From Candidatus Jordarchaeia archaeon (GTDB lineage: Archaea > Asgardarchaeota > Jordiarchaeia > Jordiarchaeales > Jordiarchaeaceae): a stretch of 27,758 nt of DNA. The stretch covers positions 1 to 27,758 of the forward strand of contig JAHQXB010000157.1 in NCBI GenBank assembly GCA_029856435.1, written 5' to 3'. The position numbers and the translations under genes were made by a program. Each line of letters opens with the position of its first letter. Position 1 is the stretch's first letter. Positions 18,473 through 26,626 of the stretch are shown in pieces. The notes beneath the pieces were generated by a model, which saw nothing but the letters and a program-made list of their open reading frames with translations, had not been told where the DNA came from and ran no database searches.

Positions 18473-19360
18473 CTACAATTTTTCTATTTTTTCAAGAACC
18501 GCGTCAGGCTTTATTCTTTGGAACTTAAAGTTCAGTTCGTCAGCTGAGACACCTTGAGCCAGGGCTAATAATTGAGGGTAGTAGAAGACGGGTATGTTAT
18601 AGTCCGTACCCAGCGCCTTATTGATTTGGAATTGTCCAATGTCGTATTGAATCAGACAGAAGGGACAAATTACACAGAGAAGATCAGCGCCCGATATCCT
18701 GACATATCTGAGTTTTTCTTCTATCATCCTATTCGTGGTAGCTTCGTCCACGGATCGAACGCCCACCCCACAGCATAGGAACTTTTTCTCGTAATCAACA
18801 GGCGTAGCACCAGTAGCCTTTACTATTCCCTCAAAGCAGGTGGGATTAAACGGATCGTCCACCTGAACCACTTCACTTGGCCTGAGAACATGGCAACCAT
18901 AGTGAACAGCCACCTTTATCCCACTCAGAGGCTTCTTAACCGTAGATTCTATCTTTTTAGGTCCCACATCCTCGTACAACACTTGGAGGAGATGTCTAAC
19001 CTCAACACTGCCCCTATACTCTTTGCCCACCTTGGCTAGGGCCTCATTAACCTTATTCTTATACCCTCCATCGTGCTTGAGCACATAGTTTGCGGTTTTC
19101 AGAGATTCAAAACACCCACTGCAAAGCGTTAAAATGTCCAATCCCTGTTCCTCAGCTACAGCCAAGTTTCTGGAGGCTAAAACAATCCAAGTGAATCTGT
19201 CCAATGCAGAGAAACCCACAGGATCAGGACAGCAAGCAAATCCGGGCAAATCCTTAGCATTCACATCCAAACTCTTCAGCGTTAGTCTAGTTGCCACCTC
19301 AAGGTGGGGCAAACGGTTCGGTATGGTGCAACCAAGAAACAAAGCGTATTCTCGGCTCAT
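18473..19360 (-). CDS. hdrB: Heterodisulfide reductase subunit B
   Basis: Two CCG domains: FLGC, CCPDP, LCSGC, HYGCH, CCGVG, CPFC. Confidence 0.95.
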   Translation of the reverse strand: MSREYALFLGCTIPNRLPHLEVATRLTLKSLDVNAKDLPGFACCPDPVGFSALDRFTWIVLASRNLAVAEEQGLDILTLCSGCFESLKTANYVLKHDGGYKNKVNEALAKVGKEYRGSVEVRHLLQVLYEDVGPKKIESTVKKPLSGIKVAVHYGCHVLRPSEVVQVDDPFNPTCFEGIVKATGATPVDYEKKFLCCGVGVRSVDEATTNRMIEEKLRYVRISGADLLCVICPFCLIQYDIGQFQINKALGTDYNIPVFYYPQLLALAQGVSADELNFKFQRIKPDAVLEKIEKL

Positions 19361-19917
19361 TCTTCTACTGCCTCCTTCTTTTGTATTTCTCCTTCCATAG
19401 GTTTCTTACCCGCCACCAGTTTATCAAAACCAGTAAAGCTCGTTAATGCTCGTATCTCTTCGGGAGGCGCATTCTCAATCACAGGCAAACCCAGCTTTTC
19501 CCTGCGGGACAGTATAGCTTTGCTACTAGGGCTCACCATGCCAAACTCCAAAAGCGCCTTCGCTTCTTCCTGCAAGTGTATGGGGAACAAGCCCTTTTTG
19601 CTTGAAAGGTTTTTAAGCTCAATGATGATCTCTGAAACCTTAACCCCTTGAGGACACTTCTCTGTGCAGGTATGGCACACGGTGCAGAACCAGATGGTGG
19701 GGCTATCTACTGTGCGATCCTTCCTACCCAGTAAAGTGTTTTCAATGATTCTCCGAGGGTTGAACTTAGGATTGTATCTGAATACTGGGCAACAGCCGGA
19801 GCAAGTCGAGCACTGGTAGCAGAAATTTAGTGATTCCCCCTCGTGGGTTGCGGTAATTTCGCTGCGGAAGCTACTATTCATTTCCGATGATGCCTCAACC
19901 AAGTTTGAATCCTCCAA
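19357..19917 (-). CDS. hdrC: Heterodisulfide reductase subunit C
   Basis: CYQCSTCSGCCP and CTVCHTCTEKCPQGV; ATGA overlap with hdrB. Confidence 0.95.
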   Translation of the reverse strand: MEDSNLVEASSEMNSSFRSEITATHEGESLNFCYQCSTCSGCCPVFRYNPKFNPRRIIENTLLGRKDRTVDSPTIWFCTVCHTCTEKCPQGVKVSEIIIELKNLSSKKGLFPIHLQEEAKALLEFGMVSPSSKAILSRREKLGLPVIENAPPEEIRALTSFTGFDKLVAGKKPMEGEIQKKEAVEE

Positions 19918-20666
19918 TTTTTATTAACAAAATAATTTTTATTACTCTACATTAAACGTTCATAGTTTAAACTGTTTTTTCGGTTTTTGATTATTCATCA
20001 TTAGCTTCTTTTGGTGCTGTTAACTTGTTTTCGGTTAAGCGCAGAGTGCGACCATTAAATCTGTGATGGATCAAAACTGCCCTATTTTTTAGGCGTGTTT
20101 GTGGGGATCACTGGCTGACACCGCTTGAGAACTGCCCGCGATGTTCTTACTATTAACTATCCACGCATACAGTTTTCTTTCCATATAAAATCTTTTTGTA
20201 ATGTTTAGAATTGATTTATGAGAAAAATTGTTGAGAAAACAAGTTTGGAAAAGTTAAAAAACCCAAAAATGAGAAAAGGCCGAAAACAGGAGGTGGAAAC
20301 CCTAAAAACAAGGGAAGCTCCCCCTACACGTTATCCTTTAAGTACCTTTTCTTTTTTTACGGCTTCTAAACTTAAATGGAACCAATTTAATCTCTCCGAC
20401 CAGGTTATTACCGATAAAAGGTTCAGCCGCACCTCCGAACGTAGCGGTTCAAAGATATTCTTCTCCACGGCCTTAGTTAAACTACAACTTGAATAGCTAC
20501 ACAAAAGCATCTATGGTTACTCTATCTTTGCTTGCCAGCAGCATTTTAAGTTCAATTATGCCTGTGAGGGAGCTCCTAGAAAAGCGGGGTGAAATGAAAT
20601 CTAGCCACCTGTTCTTGCCCAGAATAAAATTTTAAAAGGAACACCGCATATCTAAGCTAAATTTTG

Positions 20667-20702
20667 TTGACACTCCCCGCGACTAAAAATTGGGGACTTT
20701 CT
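20667..20702. other. GC-clamped hairpin resembling an IS200/IS605 terminal hairpin remnant (alternatively a terminator)
   Basis: TTGAC followed by ACTCCCC-GCGACTAAAAATT-GGGGA-CTTTTC; TCCCC/GGGGA stem. No tnpA or tnpB nearby. Confidence 0.3.
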
Positions 20703-20744
20703 TGCTAACAGCTTTGTAAGGAAGCTAAAAAGAAATGGTAATTC

Positions 20745-21014
20745 TCAGTCTTCTAGGTTATTTTTTTGTGAATTATTGGAAGATGCTGAGTTTTGGTTTC
20801 TTTTTCTTTCTAGCAAAAATTTTAGTCTTATCATTGAGCGGCAGAGATTATTTAGTAGAATTAGGTCGTCCGTTGTTTTGTGTTCTTTTGTTCTGAGTAG
20901 GGTTTTGTAAGTTTCTTGAACTTGTTCTAAGAATGTTTGGATGTCATCCTCATCAAGTAAAGCTTCACTTGCCAAAACAAAAGCCCCGCTGATTTTGGAT
21001 AGGATATCATGCAA
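20745..21014 (-). CDS. Small helical hypothetical protein, paralog of 21117..21332
   Basis: 89 aa; 18 of 43 residues identical to the neighbour over the core (FxEQxxExY...LRxK...DLxLLNNL..S). Confidence 0.75.
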   Translation of the reverse strand: MHDILSKISGAFVLASEALLDEDDIQTFLEQVQETYKTLLRTKEHKTTDDLILLNNLCRSMIRLKFLLERKRNQNSASSNNSQKNNLED

Positions 21015-21116
21015 GGGACGTTATTATTTAGTTATGTAAAATCTGCGAAATACGCAAAAGAGTATCTTAGTGTTACCTAATCTACCAATAAAAAGGAGGG
21101 GGATAATAGTGGTGAG

Positions 21117-21332
21117 CTATTTGGAATTTTTTATCTTTATGAAGTTTCTGATTTCTACAATTGAGTTATAGAGGTTGTTCAGCAATTCTAGGTCTTCGTC
21201 GCTTTTCTCGTCCTTGTCACGAAGCATTGAACAGTAGGCTTCCTCTAGCTGTTCCATAAATGAGTAGAGATCTTCGGGTGTAAAATTTCCGTTCAGTTTA
21301 CTCTCTCGTAGCTTGGACATAGGGATCCCCAA
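21117..21332 (-). CDS. Small helical hypothetical protein, paralog of 20745..21014
   Basis: 71 aa (67 aa if the ATG at 21320 is the start); shares the core motif with the downstream ORF. Confidence 0.75.
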   Translation of the reverse strand: MGIPMSKLRESKLNGNFTPEDLYSFMEQLEEAYCSMLRDKDEKSDEDLELLNNLYNSIVEIRNFIKIKNSK

Positions 21333-21526
21333 AAACAGGTTGCCGCTTGACAGTCATTAGAAAAATTTGAGAGAAACGAGTAGTACTTCATTGTATTGGT
21401 TTATTTATATTTTTCTTTAAAGGTGTTTTAAATTTATAAAAAATATGGAAAAGTAAATGTTCTTTGTAAAATGAAAGTGAAGACGTTTAAAAAAGGTTGG
21501 TGAGTATCTGTGATGGGTTTAAGGTG

Positions 21527-22426
21527 CTAATCGCTTTTTTTGGAGCTAGGTTGTTTCTTCTTCTCCCTAAGATCCTTGACCATCACGGCTGGCTGCCCCA
21601 TCCACACCGTGTGGCTGGGCAATACTTTGCCTCGTGTTACCATACTGTAAGAGCCTACTGTTACGTGGTCTTCCAAAGTTACACCAGGCCATATCAGAGC
21701 TCTTGTGCCAATTACGCAGTTTTTCCCAATCTTGGTTCTGGCTATGAATAGAGTGTCTCCTTCTATGGCGTGGGCAGCTATCAATGCGTATGCCCCCAGA
21801 ACTGTGTTATCGCCAATCTCTGTGAGAGGAGGATCTACAATGACAGTTGGAAGAACGTTTTTTCCAATCTTGCATCCTAAAGCTTTGTACATCAGTCGCG
21901 ACAATGCGGCGCTGCCCCAAGGTGTTTCTTTATAGTAGTTTTGGAAGGTGCCCGTTATCATAGCGTTTAGTATCCACTGTCTTACTACGGGGTGGTTGGG
22001 AGTGTAGGGATATCTGCCCTCGGGTACTGGTTTTACCCACAGTTTTGCTAATGGAAGCATGAACAGGAAGTAGAAGAACTTTATAACTACGTAGAATAGG
22101 GGTGTGAAGGTAAATATAAAGGCCCATGTCAATAGGCTATCCTGCCAAACGCCTCTTATCCCAGTTACGGTTATCTGTGGATACCCAAGAATTGGCCACA
22201 GGAAAGGTATGCCTAGGTAGGGTGAGGCGAAAAACCAATCCACGATTTTCAGAAGCAGTAGGAAGATCATTATTGTCACGATGAATGCGGGTAAAGTAGG
22301 CAGCACAATAAAGGCTGTATGATGAATAGCTAGCCACTGGCCGCCGTATTTGCCGAGCCTATGCTCCTTGACGACGCCTTTAATCTCAATTTCTTCTTCG
22401 GGGCTAAGATTTTTTCCACTGGGCAA
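21527..22426 (-). CDS. Membrane-anchored hexapeptide-repeat (left-handed beta-helix) acyltransferase-like protein
   Basis: N-terminal TM segments, then GCKIGKNV, IGDNTVLG, IGKNCVIG and LEDHVTVG repeats; GGAGGT upstream of the TTG. Confidence 0.85.
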   Translation of the reverse strand: MPSGKNLSPEEEIEIKGVVKEHRLGKYGGQWLAIHHTAFIVLPTLPAFIVTIMIFLLLLKIVDWFFASPYLGIPFLWPILGYPQITVTGIRGVWQDSLLTWAFIFTFTPLFYVVIKFFYFLFMLPLAKLWVKPVPEGRYPYTPNHPVVRQWILNAMITGTFQNYYKETPWGSAALSRLMYKALGCKIGKNVLPTVIVDPPLTEIGDNTVLGAYALIAAHAIEGDTLFIARTKIGKNCVIGTRALIWPGVTLEDHVTVGSYSMVTRGKVLPSHTVWMGQPAVMVKDLREKKKQPSSKKSD

Positions 22427-22618
22427 ACACTTACCTCCATTTATAACTTATAGTCAAAGAGAAAGAGTAACTACATTTATAACTTTTATCTCTACATAAA
22501 AAGGCAACTGCGTAATTTAGCGGTTTTTGAAAAATAGCAGAAGGCGGGGTGGAAGTGTGAAAGTGTGGTTTAAATTTATTTCTTTTTTAGCCAATTTGGG
22601 GGATTATTGGGATTGTTT

Positions 22619-22909
22619 TTAGAGGCTTAACATTATTTCTCTTATTCTTCCCTCTATTAGTCTCACGTTATATTTTTTGAATGTCTCTCCCAAGGTTTCT
22701 ATGATTTCTCTGGCGTTCTTTTTGGATTCTAGCACTATCTGGTGAAGTATCATCATTTGGTCAATTTTGCCGAAGAAGCTTAGGCAAACTTTTTGTTTAT
22801 TTGTGGACTCATCTTTCCCAGGATCGATTTCGATGTAGACTTCATCTTCTACTCGTCTTTCGAGGAGGTATAGGAAATCTTCCAGTTTTTCGACCCTTAG
22901 AAATATCAT
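22619..22909 (-). CDS. Hypothetical protein (96 aa, alpha/beta)
   Basis: ATG start, globular amphipathic composition, same strand as its neighbours, no competing ORF. Confidence 0.7.
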   Translation of the reverse strand: MIFLRVEKLEDFLYLLERRVEDEVYIEIDPGKDESTNKQKVCLSFFGKIDQMMILHQIVLESKKNAREIIETLGETFKKYNVRLIEGRIREIMLSL

Positions 22910-22969
22910 AGTAATTTGCTCCCATCGTTCTCAAAAATAAAAAAGGGCAAGGGTTGCTATTTTATTTTT

Positions 22970-23116
22970 CTACTCTTCCTCCAATGCTTCATAGAAGAGA
23001 AGCTTGCAGTCTACACACTCATTTACATTCACTCTTTTGCCCCTAGTTTTACCAATTGCTACCGTGACTTGCCCTAGGTTTATGGATTTCCCCTTACATC
23101 TGGGACACTCACTCAT
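22970..23116 (-). CDS. Small zinc-ribbon protein (48 aa)
   Basis: MSECPRC...ECVDC (two CxxC pairs). GGAGGAG lies upstream of the ATG at 23116, so the ORF-track start at 23197 is probably too long. Confidence 0.8.
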   Translation of the reverse strand: MSECPRCKGKSINLGQVTVAIGKTRGKRVNVNECVDCKLLFYEALEEE

Positions 23117-23424
23117 AGTTTCTCCTCCACAAATAATCAAATTAGAATATGCGTCTGGTTCATTATATTTGTTTTCTATAATTTTCACTAAAAACATTAA
23201 TTTTTCACGTTTTTACAGAGGAGATTTTGTGAACCATCGGTCCTAGACCAAGCTTTCACCTGCCCTTCTGAAAAAATCATTGTTTTCATTCTATAAATAG
23301 GCCATATGGTAATAACCATAATCTCGTGAACGGAGTTAGGTGGAAACAAATCTGGAATTAATTGTTTCAATTTTGGTGTTTGCCAATTTGTGATTTAAAA
23401 AGGGGAATAGTTATGGCGAACGGT

Positions 23425-24150
23425 TTATTCTGTCTTTGTAGGTTTTACTTCTATTCCCTTCTCGGTTACTTTAAAGTCTCCCATCGTTGCCGCTTTGCCG
23501 CTTTGCCTCACATGTAGCGTATTACCTTTAATTTCGATTATAACGTCTGCTAGCTGCAATATCTGCATCATTACATTCTTCTCGGTTAATTCGGACTCCA
23601 GAAGGGTGACGAATAGTCCCTTGACTAGTCGCATCCGAGCCTTGAGGAAGGAGAGAAATCGGATAGCAGCGGCATCAGTGGTAAAGGTGATAATGCTTGA
23701 TAGGGAGTCTAAGACCATTCTTAGCCTTCTAAAATTCTCAGTTAAACTGATTATTGCCTCAACTATTTTTGAGCTTAGTCCCGCTAAGTCAGTTGCAGCG
23801 GGAACATACATAACTGTTTTTGTGTCTTCCACATTGGGATTTACTGTTTGGGTGTAAGTATCAATTATTTTGTATGCAACTTTTTCCTCCTCACCGTAGG
23901 AAGTTAGGAACCAGCCAAAATCTTCCATTTCACTGGATACATCTTCAGCAAAATTATTCGTGGTAATATAAATTCCCGCCTCTCCCTTTTCGAGACCCCG
24001 ATAAAAGAACTCCTTAGCTAGAACTTCTTTTCCACAGAGTGGCTCACCCATAACTATGCACAGAGAACCCGGACGCAAACCATTATTTAGCAATTCATCT
24101 AGGCCCTGTATCCCTGTAGGTATTCTCTTTTCCTTTTCCCACTCCGGCAA
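23425..24150 (-). CDS. KaiC/RAD55-like RecA-fold protein with a degenerate Walker A (probably inactive)
   Basis: RIPTGIQGLDELLNNGL, P-loop GEPLCGKE, Walker B MVLDSLS, LADVIIEI, C-terminal FKVTEKGIEV. Confidence 0.88.
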   Translation of the reverse strand: MPEWEKEKRIPTGIQGLDELLNNGLRPGSLCIVMGEPLCGKEVLAKEFFYRGLEKGEAGIYITTNNFAEDVSSEMEDFGWFLTSYGEEEKVAYKIIDTYTQTVNPNVEDTKTVMYVPAATDLAGLSSKIVEAIISLTENFRRLRMVLDSLSSIITFTTDAAAIRFLSFLKARMRLVKGLFVTLLESELTEKNVMMQILQLADVIIEIKGNTLHVRQSGKAATMGDFKVTEKGIEVKPTKTE

Positions 24151-24287
24151 GTAACGTCACTCCTTCCGACAAGCCCTTCCATTTATTTTTGAGTCCCGTA
24201 ACAAGATAATAATGGCGCTATCAACTAGAAATTTAATCTGGTGGTATGAGTTAGTAAACTTGAGTTTTGTAAAATAAATTTTAGTAA

Positions 24288-24650
24288 TTATTTAAATATT
24301 TTCATAATATCCTTTCGGTGAGCTTCTATTTCTTTGAGTAGGCTTTCGATATCAGCCCTGTCATTAAGTAATACTACAAGAATCGTTTTGGGACCTGCAC
24401 CTAAAGCTAACAGTTTCCCCCTTTCCACTTCTATTATTGCTCTCTTCATAAAGGATTTTAGCAGTGCTGCCACAGTTTCAGAAGCGCCAACAAGGGATGC
24501 AGTCATAGCCGCAAATTTTTGCCCATCGACGTCCTGTGGGAGGCTACTAGTCATCAGTGTCCCATTTCGGGTTATTACAGCAGCGCCCTCCACATCCGCA
24601 ATGTTTTGCAAGCTGGACAAAATTCTATTTACCTCTTCCGTATCACCCAT
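24288..24650 (-). CDS. Roadblock/LC7 (MglB-like) domain protein
   Basis: VEGAAVITRNGTLMTSSLP...FAAMTASLVGASE...AIIEVERGKLLALGAG. The ATG at 24650 follows GGAGG and overlaps the stop of the GTPase gene; the ORF-track start at 24698 is probably too long. Confidence 0.92.
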   Translation of the reverse strand: MGDTEEVNRILSSLQNIADVEGAAVITRNGTLMTSSLPQDVDGQKFAAMTASLVGASETVAALLKSFMKRAIIEVERGKLLALGAGPKTILVVLLNDRADIESLLKEIEAHRKDIMKIFK

Positions 24651-25815
24651 TCTCAATTCTAATTCCTCCAAACAGGATGATGTCGAGGAGAACATCAATC
24701 ACCAGAGTTAAGTTATTTTTGGTCTTCGCACTGCAACCTATTACGGGTATCTTTGAAGGAAGGGACAACTTTTCCTGGACGCTAGGTGGAGGTAAGGCTT
24801 CTTTGAGATCCTGTTTGTTTGCCGCTATTACGGAGGGTAAGTTGTAGCCCCCGCACTTCTCAAAAAGAATTTTGGCTCTCTCGAAAGTTTTCACGTCACT
24901 GCTATCCACTATTAGAATTAATCCCATAGCTTCCCTAGCTATCGTTTCCACCAAGGGATCAAACTGTGGCTGGCCAGGAGTTCCAAAGAATTCTATATAG
25001 AACCCTCGATAATCCAATTTTCCATAGTCGAGAGCTACCGTGGTTCCCATACGATCTACGCTTATCGCTTCATCAGCTACTGCATGGAGAAAGGTTGTCT
25101 TTCCTGCGTGGTAGGCCCCGGTCACTACAATTTTTGGTATATATACCCTTAATCCCCCAGGAATTAGTATCCTTACTGGAATTTCAAAACCTGCATTATT
25201 AGTCCATGTCACCTTTTTTATGTAGAGAGATTCCCTAACGTAGAAGAGCTTTTTACTGGGTTTAATTTCGAAAACACCTTCAAAAAATTCGTTGATTTTG
25301 CCAACATACTCTGGCTGATAAGTCCATAGGGAAAAGAGCCCAATAACAATAGCTTCACGAAGATAACCAATCAGATTCAGAACCTCTTCTACCCCATTTC
25401 CATGCATGTCTATGAAGCTACTTATCGAGTCAAAGATCACAACGGTTTTTGCAGATGATAACTGGGACAGTTTTTCTCGGGTTTCATCAGTATCGTAGGG
25501 GTTTGTGACAAATTTTTCTTTACTGTCTATCCCACTGTATCCGCAGTAAGCATCCACCAAGATGAATGAACCTTCCTTCTCAAAATGCTCAGTTGCCCAA
25601 CCTAAGGCTTTGGCCTTTTTTCTCACAGCGTCGGGAAGTTTGTTGTTCACCACATACATTATTCGGTATCCATTGTCCAAACCTACTTTTGCGAAGTGCA
25701 GCCCTATGAGTGAGGGGTCTATTTCTGGCGCTACCATGAACACGACCTTTTTGTTTTCCGGAATTCCACCAATTTTTTTGTCAAAAAAGGGAATGTTTGT
25801 TTTTAACATGGGCAC
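24643..25815 (-). CDS. Fusion of an inactivated KaiC-like domain and an MglA/CvnD-type small GTPase
   Basis: N-terminal KTNIPFFDKKIGGIP with P-loop replaced by VAPEIDPS, plus VIFDSIS. C-terminal G1 GAYHAGKTT, G2 TTVALDYG, G3 GTPGQ, G4 NKQD, G5 CSAK. Confidence 0.9.
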   Translation of the reverse strand: MPMLKTNIPFFDKKIGGIPENKKVVFMVAPEIDPSLIGLHFAKVGLDNGYRIMYVVNNKLPDAVRKKAKALGWATEHFEKEGSFILVDAYCGYSGIDSKEKFVTNPYDTDETREKLSQLSSAKTVVIFDSISSFIDMHGNGVEEVLNLIGYLREAIVIGLFSLWTYQPEYVGKINEFFEGVFEIKPSKKLFYVRESLYIKKVTWTNNAGFEIPVRILIPGGLRVYIPKIVVTGAYHAGKTTFLHAVADEAISVDRMGTTVALDYGKLDYRGFYIEFFGTPGQPQFDPLVETIAREAMGLILIVDSSDVKTFERAKILFEKCGGYNLPSVIAANKQDLKEALPPPSVQEKLSLPSKIPVIGCSAKTKNNLTLVIDVLLDIILFGGIRIENG

Positions 25816-25823
25816 AGTGTCTC

Positions 25824-26618
25824 CTAGTAGATTACGCTAATGCCATCATTGGTTATTGAAAGCCTCCTCCTACCCATGTAATGAGCTGTGCCCCTCATCT
25901 TGAAAACTTCAATATACCTGTTCCTTTTATCACCTTCAGCTTCCCAATATAGTACTATAACTCCATTCGCTAAATATTCCTCCACCCCAAAACGAGTGAT
26001 GCTATTTGGATCATTTCCAGTCTCAGTTACAAATATGGAGGTACACTTATTCTTACGCAGCATACTAGAAATAATGTTTAACTCCCTGCGAATCACACCA
26101 GTATTAGGATACTGTAAGAACAAGACGGAGACGGAGTCAAGAACCACCCTCTTTATCCCCAACTCCCTCACAGCAGCTTCAAGCGTCACATACAAACCAT
26201 CAAGGTTGAAAGCTTCAGGATTCAAAGATAGAGCTCTATCACCCACAGTCATAAGTGTAAAATCTGCTATTAATAGCTTCTTCTGCCTAATAAGTTCAGA
26301 CAGATTCCATCCAAAGTTTTTACCATTACGTAGCAAACTCTGCATAGTTTCCTCAAAGGTTACATACAATCCCGGTTCATCAAATTGAGAAGCCCCTCTG
26401 TACAAAAACTCCAATGAGAAGATAGATTTCCCAGCACCAGAAATTCCAGTCACTATGTAAGTTTCGCCTCGCAATAGGCCCCCCTGAATCATCTCGTCGA
26501 ATCCCTTAATGCCTGTGGGCGTCCTTTCACTCAACTCTGATTCACCCTCAAAAATTTTTGTCCTTCTCCGAAGCTCCCCCAGAAGGGTGTCACGGCGGGG
26601 GCTGCCTCTATCACCCAT
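25824..26618 (-). CDS. kaiC: Single-domain KaiC-family ATPase with intact motifs (resembles the CI domain)
   Basis: TPTGIKGFDEMIQGGL, Walker A GISGAGKS, YVTFEE, Walker B VVLDSVS, FGVEEYLANGVIVL, KMRG; directly downstream of a kaiB homolog. Confidence 0.88.
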   Translation of the reverse strand: MGDRGSPRRDTLLGELRRRTKIFEGESELSERTPTGIKGFDEMIQGGLLRGETYIVTGISGAGKSIFSLEFLYRGASQFDEPGLYVTFEETMQSLLRNGKNFGWNLSELIRQKKLLIADFTLMTVGDRALSLNPEAFNLDGLYVTLEAAVRELGIKRVVLDSVSVLFLQYPNTGVIRRELNIISSMLRKNKCTSIFVTETGNDPNSITRFGVEEYLANGVIVLYWEAEGDKRNRYIEVFKMRGTAHYMGRRRLSITNDGISVIY

Positions 26619-26626
26619 GATTATTT

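Noticed and set aside
19989-20145. In-frame TGA (20110-20108) on the minus strand as a possible selenocysteine codon
   Set aside because: The frame has a stop a few codons upstream and no start codon, and I see no redox motif or SECIS-like element.
20218-20496. 92-aa plus-strand ORF upstream of hdrC
   Set aside because: Low-complexity Lys/Arg start arising from A-rich DNA, no motif, and its second half is antisense to a more protein-like frame.
20293-23347. GTGGAAAC at 20293 and 23340 as ORB-like replication-origin boxes
   Set aside because: Isolated 8-mers without the full ORB context, not clustered, and no orc1/cdc6 gene nearby.
24651-24698. ORF-track N-terminal extensions of the Roadblock (24698), M42 (10768) and zinc-ribbon (23197) genes
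   Set aside because: Downstream ATGs have well-placed GGAGG motifs and give family-typical N-termini.
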